DNA of 64,000 nt from the human T2T-CHM13v2.0 reference genome, Homo sapiens, in NCBI RefSeq assembly GCF_009914755.1, contig NC_060931.1; one strand, given 5' to 3'. Positions 1 through 13,517 of the stretch are shown in pieces. Below the pieces are notes generated by a model that searched no databases, had not been told where the DNA came from, and was given only the letters and a program-made list of their open reading frames with translations. Position numbers and translations under genes: made by a program. Every line of letters begins with the position of its first letter. Positions within the stretch are counted from its first letter, which is position 1.

Positions 1-160
1 TACAGGCACGTGCCACCATTCCCAGCTAATTTTTGTATATTTTGCAGAGATGGGGTTTTGCCATGTTCCCCAGGCTGGTCTCAAATCCCTGAGCTCATGC
101 AATCCAATCGCCTTGGCCACTCAAAGTGGTAAGTTTACAGGCGTGAGCCACTGAGCCCAG
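1..160 (-). mobile_element. Alu (diverged, AluJ/S-like), cut by the window edge
   Basis: Antisense Alu motifs: 'gctaatttttgta', 'caggctggtctcaaa', 'tacaggcgtgagccactgagcccagc'. Confidence 0.9.
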
Positions 161-1131
161 CATGAATTTTCTCTCTGATAAAATAACCTGCTTAGAACAT
201 TTAGTCTAATTTTAACCTGCGGAAGTAAAAGTTTCTTGACTTCCTATTTCTTATGTTCCCAGGTACACGTTTGTGCTTTTGGTGACTTTGTTTTGTCTTT
301 CATTTAAAATAGAACATGGGAGGGAATTCTTCACTTCTGAGAGATGTGGGCTCCTTCAGTCTTATTATCGTCTTTCATGTTTATTGAAAAAAAAGTATAT
401 ATTTTTTCCTAATAGGTAAACAAACTATGGTTCTTAGGCACTCTTGGTTCAATCTTAACTGAGTGACCAAATCTCCTCTGATAATAATCTTGATTTTGCC
501 TTCCCAAGACCAAACCCTAAATTTAGAAAAATAATGGATTTTGAATTTTGTTAGCACTTTGAACCATCCTTGTGATTTCCCAGATAGGCACCAGAAAATC
601 ACAAAGATTTGTGTGTGTTCTTAACTGCAAAGGAAACACTGATTAAATCCATGTGAAATAATTATGTATGATATTCTAATATAGAGCTTGATTCCCCCCT
701 CCCCCAATTTTGATGTTGTTGGGTACTGTAATAAAATAACTACAGCTCTGTCATCAACAGCTAGTGTCTGCGTTCTTCTGATTGCCTGAGAGCTCTGCTC
801 TAGGTTATAGGCTGAGAAACTAGGTCTTCGACAACCAAGGTTAGTTTCAGAACCACATGGAAAAGACTGTTGTAGGCACTGCTTACTACTCACATTCCAG
901 GAAATGGGTACAGACTTTGGAGATTAAGCTGACTTTGCTTAGACAACCTTCAAACTGCACCAGTGAGTCCAAGTCAAGATTTCCCAGACTCTTTTCAGGC
1001 CAGAAGCAGATGAGCTCATGAAAGCAGATGCCAACCCAAGATGCCATAGAATAAGAATGAATTGTATGGGGCTGGATGAACTGAAGAGGGAAAGTAGCTA
1101 ACTGCTCACTTGGAATCTTGTTGAAAACTGT

Positions 1132-1248
1132 ATTTAATAATCTGTTTTCTGATGGATATGAGAGTAAACCTTTCCTTTTTTTTTTTGATAATTAATAATA
1201 ATTAATTTAATAATCTGTTTTCTGATGGATATGAGAGTAAACCTTTCC

Positions 1249-1260
<12 letters not shown>
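1132..1260. repeat. Direct duplication of ~57 bp with a 16-nt A/T spacer
   Basis: 'atttaataatctgttttctgatggatatgagagtaaacctttcc(T)nga' occurs at 1132-1188 and 1205-1260. Confidence 0.95.
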
Positions 1261-1577
<317 letters not shown>

Positions 1578-2173
1578 TGAAAGCATTTCTGCTTTAGCAC
1601 ACAGAAATGAAATCTTTAGGATGTATCCTGTCATTAAAGTTCACATTATACTGATATGTAGCTCATATTTCTTTATGGTGGTGAGAGAAATTTCATGAAA
1701 GGCCTTGTCAAATGCCTTGTCTGAGTCCAGGCATGTTTTTTTCTTAGACCGTATACCCTGGTCCTACTTATTGGACCAACCTTACTGACAAAGGAACTGT
1801 TAGCCTGGTCTTTGGGATCTCGTGGGGTGTGAAGGCTTCACAATCTAGATGCTTCTGTGTCCTGTCTGTACCTGTGACTTCATAGCCTAATCTGGGACCA
1901 ATGCAGAGTTCTAAGATTTGTACTTTACAGAATGTATTTTTTTTTTAATATTAACCATTCTTTTTTTCCCAACATCCTTTATTTTAGATCTATTGTTCCT
2001 TAGAGATTTCCAACAGGTTCACTGGTCCTGTTTGGAAAAACAGTGGGCTACAATTTTAGGATAGATTAAGGAGTATCAACAACCAGAACCTGTGGCATTA
2101 AGGAGCTGATCCCTTTCCAGAAGGCTTAGTGTACCCATAGTGTAATGAATAAATAAATTCAGGGATGAATGAA

Positions 2174-2915
2174 ATGTCATTTTCCTGATTCTGGGAAACT
2201 GCTTCTCTACTCACACAACACTTCTAACACGAAATGTGTGATTTTCTTCCCCACAGCAAGCAATTCTCCCTCTCTGGAAACCAACTGGGTTTCTTACAAT
2301 CCAATCCATTTCCGAAACTGTCTACCTGAAGTTAGTGTCAGATCCCATAGGTTAGGGGCCGGGTCCCACAAGACTTCCCCCACTTCACATACCATTCACA
2401 AGTCCCTGGAGCCACCTGTACTTCTGGCAACACAGCTGTTAATCCAGGTTCCCATGGCCCACTCCTTGGGTTCAATAACTTGCTAGAATGGCTCACAGAA
2501 CTTTTCTTACATTTGCCAGTTTATTATAAACAACTCAGGAACAGCCAGATGGAAGAGATGCAGAGGATGAGTTAGTGGTGGTGGTGGTACAGAGATTCTC
2601 AGGGGTGCCACCCTCCCAGCACCTCCACATGTTCACAAACCTGGAAGCTCATCAAATCTTGTTCAAGCGTTTTTACAGAGCTCAACCTCCAGCTACCCCT
2701 CCTCCTTCCCAGAGGCCAGTGGGTGGAGCTGAAAATTCCCACCCTTGGATCCCTTGGTCTTTCTGGTGACCAACCCCATCCAGAGGCTATCTAGGGGCCC
2801 CACACTAAGTCACCTTTTAGCATAAACTCAGGTGTGATCAAACGGGCTTGTTATGGATAACAAAGGACCCTACTGTCACTCAGATTTTAGGACAAAGACC
2901 AAACATTATTACTAC
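2174..2915 (-). mobile_element. MER21-family solo LTR (probably MER21C)
   Basis: Matches the recalled antisense MER21 consensus: 'gttagtgtcagatcccataggttagggg...cccacaagact', ending 'gacaaagaccaaa'. Confidence 0.75.
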
Positions 2916-3047
2916 ACCGCACTTACTCTAAGTTCTCAGCCTCCAGGTCTTGGGTCAGATACTGTTTCCTCAGAGTTGCCTTCCCCATCAGGCCCAAAGT
3001 AGCCTTCTCTATGGTCTCTTTCATGACACTCTGTTTCACAACCTCCT

Positions 3048-5679
3048 GTTAACAGAAAAACAAACTGTAAAATATTGAAAGAGGTTTATTCTGAGCCAGT
3101 ATGAGTGACCATGGCCTGGGGAATAGTCTAAAGAAGTCCTGAGAAAATGTGCCTGAGGTGGTTGGGTTACAGTTTAGTCTTAGACATTTTAGGGAGACAG
3201 GGATTCTAGATAAAATCATGAACCAATACTTGGAAGATATACATTGGTTCAACCTAAAGAGGCAGGATATCTTGAAGTAGGGGGCATGAGGGCTTACAAG
3301 TCATAGGTGGATTTGAATATTTTCTGATAGGCAATTGGTTGAAAGAGTTAAGCTTTGTCTGAAGACTTGAAGTCAGTAGAAAGAAATTTTTAAGATAAGG
3401 GGATTGTGGAGGCAGAGTTCTTGTTATGTAGGTGAAGCCTCATTAGGTAGCAGACATCAGAGAGATAAATTGTAAATGTCTCTTTTCAGAACGTAAAAAG
3501 TGTCACACACTTAGTTAATCTCGCTTAGATTTGGGAAAGGCCTGGAAAGGAAAGGCCTGGCTGTGTTATTGGAGATTCTCTACAGATGCGAATTTCCCCC
3601 ACAAAAAGATGGCTTTGGAGGGCCATTCAAAAATATGTCAAGGAAATACATTCTGGGGAAAAATATTTTGATTTCCTTCAGGGTCTGCTATCTGTCACGC
3701 AATGCTAGAATCAGGTTGGATTTGTTATCTTATGTGAAAGGAAAATAAATCTTGGGGCCTCTAAATCACTAAGCTGTTGCTGACCCTTTGTTTTGTTTTT
3801 CAGAGTCTTAAAACTTTTCTTTTGAGCTATTGATACCTTTTAACAATTTAGTATACTCCCATGAACAAAATTTGGAGCATATTTATTTCTGTCTACCTGA
3901 TTTCTCCAGAATTTGGAAACTATTTGTGAGTATTCTAACTTATGGCAATGCAGTTATTTGCATAAGTGCAGTAAGAATCTGTTTTCATTTGTAACAGGAC
4001 ACAATTGGAGAAACTGGTTATTTTACCAAGGATTTGACTGGAATGTTGTGCTTTCCTTTAAGGAGTCAAACTTGACTTATGGCGCCAATAAAGCCCTTGG
4101 AAAATCTGGCCTCATATTTTGTATACACAGTCTCTGTACAGGGTTTCTGGCCCATGGTAAGTAAAGAATATCACTTTCTGACAGTCCCAGAAGCCCCATG
4201 TTTATCTTGGAACCTCAAGAGGACAGAAAATTCACCCAACTCACAGATATTTGCTGGCACAAATCCATGGTTGGGCCTGGCTTTAAAAAAGTCTTATCTG
4301 GGATTCCTTCTATGGAACAAAGCTCCATCAAAGCCAATTTAAAACCTATGTAAAAAATATAATTATTCTTGCTGCACTGTATACAAATAATTAAGCCAAG
4401 TATAATAAAGCAAACCAATCCTACCATGATTTGTCTTTAGCAAAAATGGAAAACTGGAGAGAGAAAAATTATGTTTCAAAAACTATAGTACACTCTAGTC
4501 TTGTCTAATGTTTTTCAGTTTTTATTATTTCTACAGTTCTGGCAGAATTTTTTCTTGGCTACAAGTCTTCAAAATAATGTTTTCATTATTTTTTCTTTTT
4601 TTCCTGCTTTTTTCCCATTTTTCCTAATTTGGAGTCACTGAAAACTAAGCTGTGCTTTCTTAAAACCCTGCCAACTGAAGCCAAACAACTTAAATTAAAA
4701 AAAAAAAAAAACAGCAACCCATTTACATACATAAGCCACTTTCATACCTGCCTACTAATGTATGGACTTCAGAGTAATGTGGCCTATATAGATTTTTTCA
4801 GGATTGTTCCTTTGTTTGTTGTTGTTTTTCTCCCTTCCTCCCCCACTATTTTCTCTTCACAGGACATGAGACTTCACAATCTGCTAAAGATGAGTGTTAA
4901 CCATCCTCGTCATGAGAGATCAGATGAAATCTGAGACCAGGGACTTATTTTGTTGTAAAATGCTTTCTCCAAAATATTTTAAAAAAGAAAAGGGGGGAAA
5001 TGTGAAAGAAAAATAACTCTTGGGGCCCCCAAATCAACAAGCTAAAGGGAAAAGTCAAGCTGGGAACTGCTTAGGGCCAACCCTCTCTCCCATTCTATTC
5101 AAAGTCACCCCTCTGCTCACTGAGATAGATGCATATCTGATTGCCTCCTTTGGAAATTCTAATCAGAAACTCAAAAGAATGCAACTGTTCACCTGAAAGC
5201 CCTCTCCTTGCTTTGAGTCTTCCTGCCTTTGCTTCAAGTTGTCCCGCCTTTTCAGACCGAATCAATGTACTTCTTACATATGTTGACAGATGTCTCATGT
5301 CTCCCTAAAATGTAAAAAACTAAGCTGTGCCCGGACCACCTTGGACACATGTTGTCAGGACTTCCTGAGGCTGTGCCACCTGCACGTCCTCAAGCTTGGC
5401 AAAATAAACTTTCTAAATTAACTGAGACCTGTCTCAGATTTTCTGGGTTCACATTTATTACCACAAAGAGTCTGTTTTTTCAGTCTTATGACATCTATTT
5501 GAAAGTTAATGCTAATCAGTTGTGCCCAAACTCCAAAAGAGAGGGGGTAGATTGAGGACTGTCCCACCTCCCTGTCATGGCTGGGAATTCAGTTTTCCAG
5601 GTTTCTCTGGGGTCCTCTTGGTCCAGAGGGGCTCTGTTCAGTTGGTTGGGGGGGCTTAGGATTTTATTTTTGGTTTACA
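3048..5679 (-). mobile_element. MER4-group ERV1 solo LTR, split by an insertion at 3733-5453
   Basis: Begins 'tgttaacagaaaaacaaac...gaggtttattctgagcc', resumes at 5454 'tttattaccacaaagagtctg' and ends 'ttttatttttggtttaca' (reverse complement of the MER4 start). Confidence 0.8.
3733..5453 (+). mobile_element. Internally deleted MER4A-type provirus: 5' LTR stub, 3' internal region, PPT and 3' LTR
   Basis: LTR start 'tgtgaaaggaaaataaatcttgggg' at 3733 recurs at 5001. Polypurine tract 'aaaaaagaaaaggggggaaa' at 4981-5000. The complete LTR 5001-5453 has AATAAA and ends 'ttcaca'. Flanks CTTA/TTTA. Confidence 0.85.
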
Positions 5680-6194
5680 TTCCTATGTGTTTTTGAGTGT
5701 TTGTGGATTCAGTGCCTGTGATCTCCACGCAGGAAGGACTAGGCCCATCCTGTCCACCACAGCTCACATGAACCTGGGCTCAGCCTCATGCACAGAGTGA
5801 ACACTCAAAAATCTGTTGGGTCATGACGTCAGAGGCATTTGAACCAGAGCAACTCCATCTTGAATAGGGGCTGGGTAGAATAAGGTTGAGACCAACTGTG
5901 CTGCATTCCCAGATTAGGCATTCTAAGTCACAGGATGAGATAGGAGGGTGGCACAAGATACAGGTCATAAAGACCTGATGATAAAACAGCCTGCAGTAAA
6001 GAAGCCAGCCAAAGCCCACCAAAACCAAGATGGTGATGAGAGTGACCTCTGGTCATCCTGACTGCCTATTATACACGAATTATAATGCATTAACATGCTA
6101 AAAGACACTCCCACCAGTGCCATGATAGTTTACAAATGCCATGGCAATGTCTGGAAGCTACTGTATATGGTCTAAAAGGGGGAGGAACCCTCAG

Positions 6195-6224
6195 TTCCAG
6201 GAATTGCCCACTTCTTTCTTGGAA
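6195..6224. promoter_or_regulatory. Tandem GAS (STAT) motifs within MER41B
   Basis: TTCCAGGAA at 6195-6203 and TTCTTGGAA at 6216-6224, 12 bp apart. Motif match only; activity unknown. Confidence 0.6.
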
Positions 6225-6326
6225 AACTCATAAATAATCCACCTTGTTTAGCATATAATCAAGAAATAACTATAAGTATACTGAGCCACTGCTCTGCCTA
6301 TGGAGTAGCCATCCTTTTATTCCTTT

Positions 6327-6635
6327 CTTTTTTCTTTCTTTTTTTTTTTTTTTTGAGACCGAGTCTAGCTCTGTTGGCCAGGCTGGAGTGCAATGGTACG
6401 ATCTTGGCTCCCTGCAACCTCCACTTCCCGGGTTCAAGTGATTCTCCTGCCTCAGTCTCCTGAGTAGCTAGGATTACAGGCACGGCACCACTACCCCTGG
6501 CTAATTTTTGTATTTTTAGTAGTGACAAGGTTTCACCATGTTGGTCAGGCTGGTCACACACTCCTGACCTTGGGATCTGCCTGCTTTGGCCTCCCAAAGT
6601 GCTGGGATTACAGGCGTGAGCCACTGCGCCCAGCC
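6327..6635 (-). mobile_element. AluS inserted in MER41B
   Basis: Full antisense Alu; TSD 'ttattccttt' at 6317-6326 and 6636-6645. Confidence 0.95.
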
Positions 6636-7753
6636 TTATTCCTTTACTCTCTTAATAAGCTTGCTTTCACTTTACTCTATGGTCTCACCCCAAATACTTT
6701 TCTTGAGTAAGGCCCAAGAACCCTTTCTCGGGGTCTGGATTGGGACCCCTTTCTGGTAACAACAGCAAAGAGAGTATCTATTCCTAGAAATAAAATACGG
6801 GATAGATAATCTAGCCAGGAGAATGAAGGTTGAATATACATAGATTTTACTTGTGGACTTAGGGTTGATTTGAGTTAAATTTAGGAATTCAGGGGAAAAA
6901 AAGGACCCTTCATCTATTCCATTTGCTCTGGTTCTGACCACAATGGGGTCATTTGCAGAGCTGGTCACAAGCATGGCAGATGGTCTGTCTGCTTCACAAT
7001 GTTGTACATGAAAGATTTAACATGAAACATGTAGCTTTAGGCAGATGATAAGGTCAAATACAGGTTAATCAGATTTTGGGCACCAATGTTGAGAAGGAAA
7101 TTGACAGCACAGAAAGAAGGTGGGTTTGAGGACAGAGGTCAATCTGCACATATCATAGTACAATTTTCTTAAAAGTTCATTTAATCTCAGTTTCTTTCTA
7201 TGTAAACAACACAGTTCTTGTGTGAGGATCCATTGAAATGTGAGAAATTACAGCAGAAAGAGCCATGGCTCTGCAGGCGAGGGTGCAGGCTGTGAGGCTG
7301 TGGAGTGCCCCTGAGGTTGTGTCTGTGGCCTCTGCAGTGGCTAACACACTATTTTCAGGCCCTGACTGACAGCATCCTGCAGCTGCCTGGCTTGGGGTAT
7401 TTGGAAGGGCTCCAAACCCTTTTCTCAGTCACTCAAAGGAACTAGGCTAGAGGAGACTGTGGTGTGAGACGTGGTTAGAGGGAGGAGAGGGCTTTGTTCT
7501 TGGGCGTAGGAAGCTGGGCAGCCCTGTGTGTGGAGATGGATTGGTTCATCCCAACTGCTGGTGTGCTGAGAGGACAGGAGAGAGTGACTGCAGCTGTACC
7601 TGGAAGGGGCTTCTGTGCTCAGAAGATGACTGCAGTGAGGAGGGTTTCAGAGCAATCTTTCATCTTTCTGCTTCAAGCTCTGATGGCCTGGAGCCATCCC
7701 TCGGCACCCGCAAGTGGGGTGCTACTTTGGGAACCAGAGAGGAAGGCCAGGCA

Positions 7754-7932
7754 TGTGTGTACACGTGTGTGTATATGCACGTGTGTGATGGTGCTTGTGT
7801 TTGTGCACACTGCAGTGTGTCTCAGTGGGTGTGTGCACAGGAGCGAGTGTGAGTGTGTACATGCCTATGAGTGTGAGTACATGAGTGTGTGTGAGTGCGT
7901 TTGTATGATTGAGTGTGTGAGTGAGTTTGCGT
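7754..7932. repeat. Degenerate (TG)n/(GAGTGT)n simple repeat
   Basis: About 180 bp of GT-rich alternating sequence. Confidence 0.9.
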
Positions 7933-8254
7933 GCCCTCTCTGGCTGGCTGGCAGACACTGTGCACATTAAGTGTGCAAGTGCAGAGAGACTGAGAGGACA
8001 TCACTTCCAAAGAGGGGAAGCTGGCCCCAGTGGAGGGTGGGGAATAGCAGGGAGGGTCAGGATCCCCATAGCCCAGGGCTGTAGGGGTTATGGAGGTACT
8101 GGTCAGTGTTAGGCCTTTGTGCTGGAAAAATCCATTCTTGCATACTCAGGGCTAAGTCTGGAGATTAAATATTCCAGCTCAGGGTCTTTTATTAGCCTTG
8201 GCAATGGCCCAGGAAAGGCCATGTCTTAGCACACTGAGTCTGAACTCATCTACT

Positions 8255-8390
8255 TTCTATTCACTCGACACCTGTTTATTGTCTGTCCACTTGCTAAGGC
8301 TTAGGGTTTCAGAAGTGAATAAGATGATGTCCTTGCCCTCAAGCGTCATACAGTCTGGTGAAGAACTCAGGTTCAAACAGTCTGATAAGC
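8255..8390 (-). mobile_element. L2 3' remnant
   Basis: 'tttattgtctgtccacttgctaaggc...gtgaataagatgatgtccttgccctcaag...cagtctggtg'. Confidence 0.55.
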
Positions 8391-8400
8391 ATTTTCTTGC

Positions 8401-8815
8401 TGTACTATTCAGGGTTTCTGAGAGAAACAGAGCCTATGGGAAGAGTGTCTGTGTGTGTAGATTTATTTTAAGGAATTGGCTCATGTGATTGCGGAGGCTG
8501 GCGAGTGTGAAATCTGCAGGGCAGACTGGCAGTCTGGAGACCCAGAGAGGGGTTGATATTGCAATTTTGACTTTTGAGGCCAAACGCAGCCTGGAGGAAG
8601 AGTTTCCTCTTCCTGGGGGACCTCAGTCTTTTCTCTAAGGCCTCAACTGATTGGATGAAGCCCACCACATTATGGAGGGTGGACTGCTTTACTCAAAGTC
8701 TGCTGATTTCAATGTTAATCTCATTTAAAAAACAGCCACACAACATCTAGACTGGCTTTTGACCAAATATTTGGGTACTGTGGCTCAGCCAAGTTGACAT
8801 AAAACTAACCCTCCT
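8401..8815 (-). mobile_element. MLT2 (ERVL) solo LTR
   Basis: 'aggaattggctcatgtgatt', 'caactgattggatgaagccc', 'ctgctttactcaaagtc', 'cagccaagttgacataaaactaacc'. Confidence 0.85.
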
Positions 8816-9349
8816 ACTTGCTGTGGTAGGAAACCCTGAGAAGCCAAGTGTGGAGCCGTAGGGCGGGAGAGGCCATGTGAGTTGGGGGTCCAGGGAATCA
8901 GTGCCTGGTGGAGGATGGGACTAGCCACAGTAGATCAGGGAGTGGGAAGCAGAGGGCAGGCACTGCAAGGAGAGCAAGGCGGACTGCTAGCGCTGTGGTG
9001 CCAGTAGCGGGGGCAGGTGGCACCTGCAGCCTCCTAGCCCATGGCTCATGGGGGTGTGAAGGGGCTGATGGGGAAGCCCAGTTCAGCTGCAAGCTGGGGG
9101 AGCACTGTGCAGGGCATGGGAGGGAGATACCCTCAGATCAAAGGCTCCTGGCATTTAGAGAGGCCACATTCCCCCTTGCACATGCGTGTGTGAGCCTGGA
9201 GCTGGGTGGTATCATGTGTGCTTTTACACGATGTGCCTCAAGTTGGGAAGTCAAAGGTCTTTATGAATTGAGCTTATGAAAAACGTTGGCAGTACAGGGG
9301 AAAGTGTGTGTAGATGGGCTCTTTGGGATGCCCCCTCTGACCCTCCCAA

Positions 9350-9480
9350 CATGGGTGACCCGGAGCCCGGCTATTTAACTTCTCTGAGTCTCAGTTAAAT
9401 AGAGACCCTTGTAACATTTCACAGGGCATGGTGACATTTAATGGTGTCTGTGATAGTCCCTGGCATGTGGCCTGGCTGTG
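9350..9480 (+). mobile_element. MIR remnant
   Basis: 'tatttaacttctctgagtctcagtt'. Confidence 0.5.
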
Positions 9481-10853
9481 TCCCCAGCGATGGTGACAGT
9501 GTTCCTGGCAGCAAGGCCAGTGCGTTCAGTGTTGTTGCAGTGGCTTTACATGTCATTCCAAGTTTCCTGAGGAAACTCCATAGGAGTGTCTTAGGTGAAT
9601 CCTTTGTTAATCCTGAAACAATGTTCTTGTGGAAACAGTGCAGAGTGCAGGCAAAGAACATGGAAGGTAAGGAAGACTTACAAACTGAGGGGTTCCCAGA
9701 AGCATGGTGGTCACTTACCTTATTTCCAAGGTTGTTGCACCTGGGACAGTGCTTTGTACCTAGTGGATGCACCATAGATATTTGTTAAACCAGCGTATAC
9801 TAAGCAAGTGTGTTTGATATTTGTTAACCGTTTGGGGAACTCACATTGCAGGAAAAGCTTCAGGAGCTGAAGCTGCATGTGGTTGATGGTGGGATCCCTG
9901 CTCAGACATAGCACAGAGCTCAGCCCACGGAATGTATTTGGAGACTGCCCGGTGAAAGGGAAACCTAAAAATATGTGCGGACAGCCTCATTACTCAAATA
10001 TCAACAAATACCAAGTTGCAGTCCTGGAAGAAGAGAATCTCATAAGCTTGAGCAGTAGTCCAAGAGGCATTTTAATAACACCTCCTGATTTTCCCGCAGC
10101 ATATGGTCCTGGTAATTAGCACAGCTCCACATGGCTTCCCCTTGCTATAAGCCGGTGACATGACGCAAGAGAAATCAGCAGGACATTGCAGTTTATTTTG
10201 ACTTAGAATGCATGCAGCTACATATGGCTTTAATAAGCTTTGAATTAATAATCCCTTTACCTCATTAATGTTTTTAAAGCAGGCTGTTCTGGTCTTTCCT
10301 GAAAGATAGGAAGACCAAAAATGTGGGATCAAAGCAGCTTTGCTGTAGTCCCAGTGCAGCTTTGCTCTGGTCCCCACGCATCTCAGGTCTCTAGAATGTC
10401 CGGTGTGCATCTCCACTGGGCACTAACTAGTGAATCTGTTGGCCTAGAGGGAAGTCTCTGATGGCCACCAGGCTCTGTCCCAGCCCGCGTCTTGATTAGC
10501 GTGTTTATCATAGCAAGGGGATTCATGAAATCTGCAGATAACATGGTGAAAGACCATTTATTTAGAGTCAAAATCTAAAATTATCTTGCCAACCTGGACA
10601 AATATCTCAGGATAAAATCTGTGAGGGAAAACTTTGAGGACTTTGATTGGGACCATTTGGCTTCAGAAAGTGTGAAAAGACTTGCTGTTAGAGAAAAGTG
10701 TTAGGCCAGTGGGATGCAGCTTTAAGAGAAGCCTGTGTCTTATACAAGGCAGACTCCATGGGGGTGTTGTGCATCATTCTGGGCAGCACTGTGTCTGGGA
10801 GATGTAAATCAGGAGGAGCGAGGACTGATGAGACAGACAAAAAAGAAAACCCA

Positions 10854-11151
<298 letters not shown>

Positions 11152-12097
11152 TCAACCTCTTTCTTCTCCTTGTCTCCTCAATGCCTGCCTAGGAGGAAAC
11201 ATCCCTGAAAGGGGTTTAAGCTTCCAATTGGTTGGTCTATTAGCTGTTCTGTTGATGAGAACACATTGCTGGTGGGAGCAGGCAGAGGATGGGGTGTCCA
11301 CTCTTTAGGAGAGTCTTCCAGGGTTTCTAGAGAGAAAGCTGGGGTTTTATGGGAGCGTGCAATGGGGCTCAAGGACAATGGGAGGAGCTGAGGGCTGCCT
11401 GAGGTAGTGCCCTGGCCCTATAATTCACCTGTCAGAGCCTTGAGAAAGTTTCTGGTGCTCCCTGAGCTTGAGTTTTCTCCTCTGTACTGTGTGACATCCC
11501 AGTACCATTGTGAAAGTAAAAGAAGATCAGGGACACTGATCAGGACAACTGTAGAGTCCTGTGCCAGGGAAAGGGTCATTTTTATATTCCCAAGGTATTA
11601 AGATGGTAGCTGGGAGTAGATTCACCCAAGCTTTGTCTTCAGCCAACTTCCACCTCCCAGGAGGTTGCCAGGGGAGATATGCACAGTCAGCAAAAACAGA
11701 AGAAGAATCTCTTTATTGCTTCCTGGGGTTTTGTCCTAAACTAATGTAGTTTTATAGTGAGTTGGTCTCCTATTCTCCAGGTTGGATGTAGCCTGGGACT
11801 ATGACCCAGGACAATCTCCACCCCTCTCCTTTAAGCTCACACTGGAGACTTGGACCTCCACATCTCATTACTCTGCTGGAAGAAGCAGCCAGCTCCAGGA
11901 CTGCATGGGCCAGAGAGAAAAAGCAATACAAAAAAGAGAGCAGAGGATATCACAGAAAAATGGCAAAGTTGGGGACTTCAGGGCTCTGTCCCTCCAGAAA
12001 ATCAACTAATGAGCTAGTCAGAATGTCAGAAACAGTGTTGGCAGAACTCTGGAATCTAGTGAAAAAATTTGGAAGGCTTGGTAAAGAAAGAAGCAGT

Positions 12098-12390
12098 GTC
12101 TGGGTGTGGCAGCTCACACCTGTAGTCCCAGCACTTTGGGAGGCAGAAGTGGGAGGACTGCTTGAAGCCAGGAGTGTAAGATTAGCCTAGGCAACAAAGG
12201 GAGACCTCGGCTCTACAAATTTTTTTTTTAAAATTAGCTGTATGTGGTGGCATGCACCTGTAGCCCTAGCTACTCAGGAGGCTGAGGCAGGAGGATCACT
12301 TGAGCCCAGGAGTTTAAGGTATAGTGAGCTATAAGTGAGTCACTGCACTCTAGCCTGGATGACAGAGTGAGACTTTGTCAAAAAAAAAAG
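12098..12390 (+). mobile_element. AluJ
   Basis: J-type 'ggaggatcacttgagcccaggagttt'; A-tail. Confidence 0.9.
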
Positions 12391-13517
12391 CAGCCAGCTG
12401 CACTTCAAATTGCATGCCTATCGTCCTCCACGTCCCAGACTGGCAGAGGTTATGAGGATAGCAGCCCACATTCCTGGTGCAGGTTAACAAGGCCAGAGGG
12501 AGCAACATAGACCTTATCCTGAAAGAATTGTGGTTGTAGGCTTTAGCCTGTCTTAAATATTGGTTGTTCCTTAATTCATCTATCATTGCCTTCTTTTGAC
12601 ATTAATTTTTTCTAGAGTACTATTTGAAAAATGATATGCAGGCAATTTTAGCTTAATTTAATCATTCCACATTATTTACATTTATCAAAGCATCACGTTG
12701 TGTCCCATAAATCTATACAAGAATGATTTGCTAACTAAAAATATTAAAAAAATTAAAAGACATAGAGAAAGGAATTAGCGAAATGTCAGAAGTTATTCCT
12801 TACTAGTAATTACTTTAAATGTAAGTGGATTTAATTCTCTAATTAAATGATAGAGACTGCCAGAATGAATTAAAAAACCATGATGCATCTATATGTTATC
12901 TACTAGAGACTCACTTTAGATCCAAAAACAGATTTCAAGTGAAAGGATGGAGAGTGATATTTCATTAATAGTAACCAAAACAGAGCAGAGATGGCTGTAC
13001 TAATATCAGACAAAATAGACTTTAAGACACATATTGTTATAAGACACAAAGAAGGAAATTATACATTGATTAAAAAGTCAGTTCAAGAAGGTATACTAAC
13101 ATACACACCTAATAATAGAACCCCTAAACATTTAAGGCAAAAAGTGCTTGAATTGGATTGAGTAATAGATAGTTACATGATAATAGTTGACAACTTCAAT
13201 AACCCACTATTAATAGTATATTGAACAACTAGATAGAAGTAAATAATTCACCAATTAAAAAAATGTGTTGAATCACATTATAATCCAACGGGACCTTATA
13301 AAAATATATAGAATACTGTACCCCAAAACAACAAAATACATATTTTTATCAAGTGCACATGGAACATTTTCCAGAAAAGAACATATGTTAGGCCACAAAC
13401 CAAGTCTCAATAAATTTAAGGATATTGACATCATATGAGTGATTTTTCCAACCACAATGAAACAAAACCAGAAAAGAATAATAAAAGAAAAATTGCAAAA
13501 TTCACAAATATGTGGAA

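Larger units (their letters stand above)
5827..6761 (+). mobile_element. MER41B solo LTR (ERV1) with an Alu insertion
   Basis: 'gtcagaggcatttgaaccagagcaactccatcttgaataggggctggg' through 'cccctttctggtaaca'. Confidence 0.9.

Noticed and set aside
200-1130. Possible old ERV/LTR remnant
   Set aside because: It has LTR-like character near 900-1130, but I could not assign a family or termini.
7494-8010. Cys/Val-rich and His/Thr-rich ORFs (also at 16350-16877)
   Set aside because: They are translations of (TG)n/(CA)n repeats.
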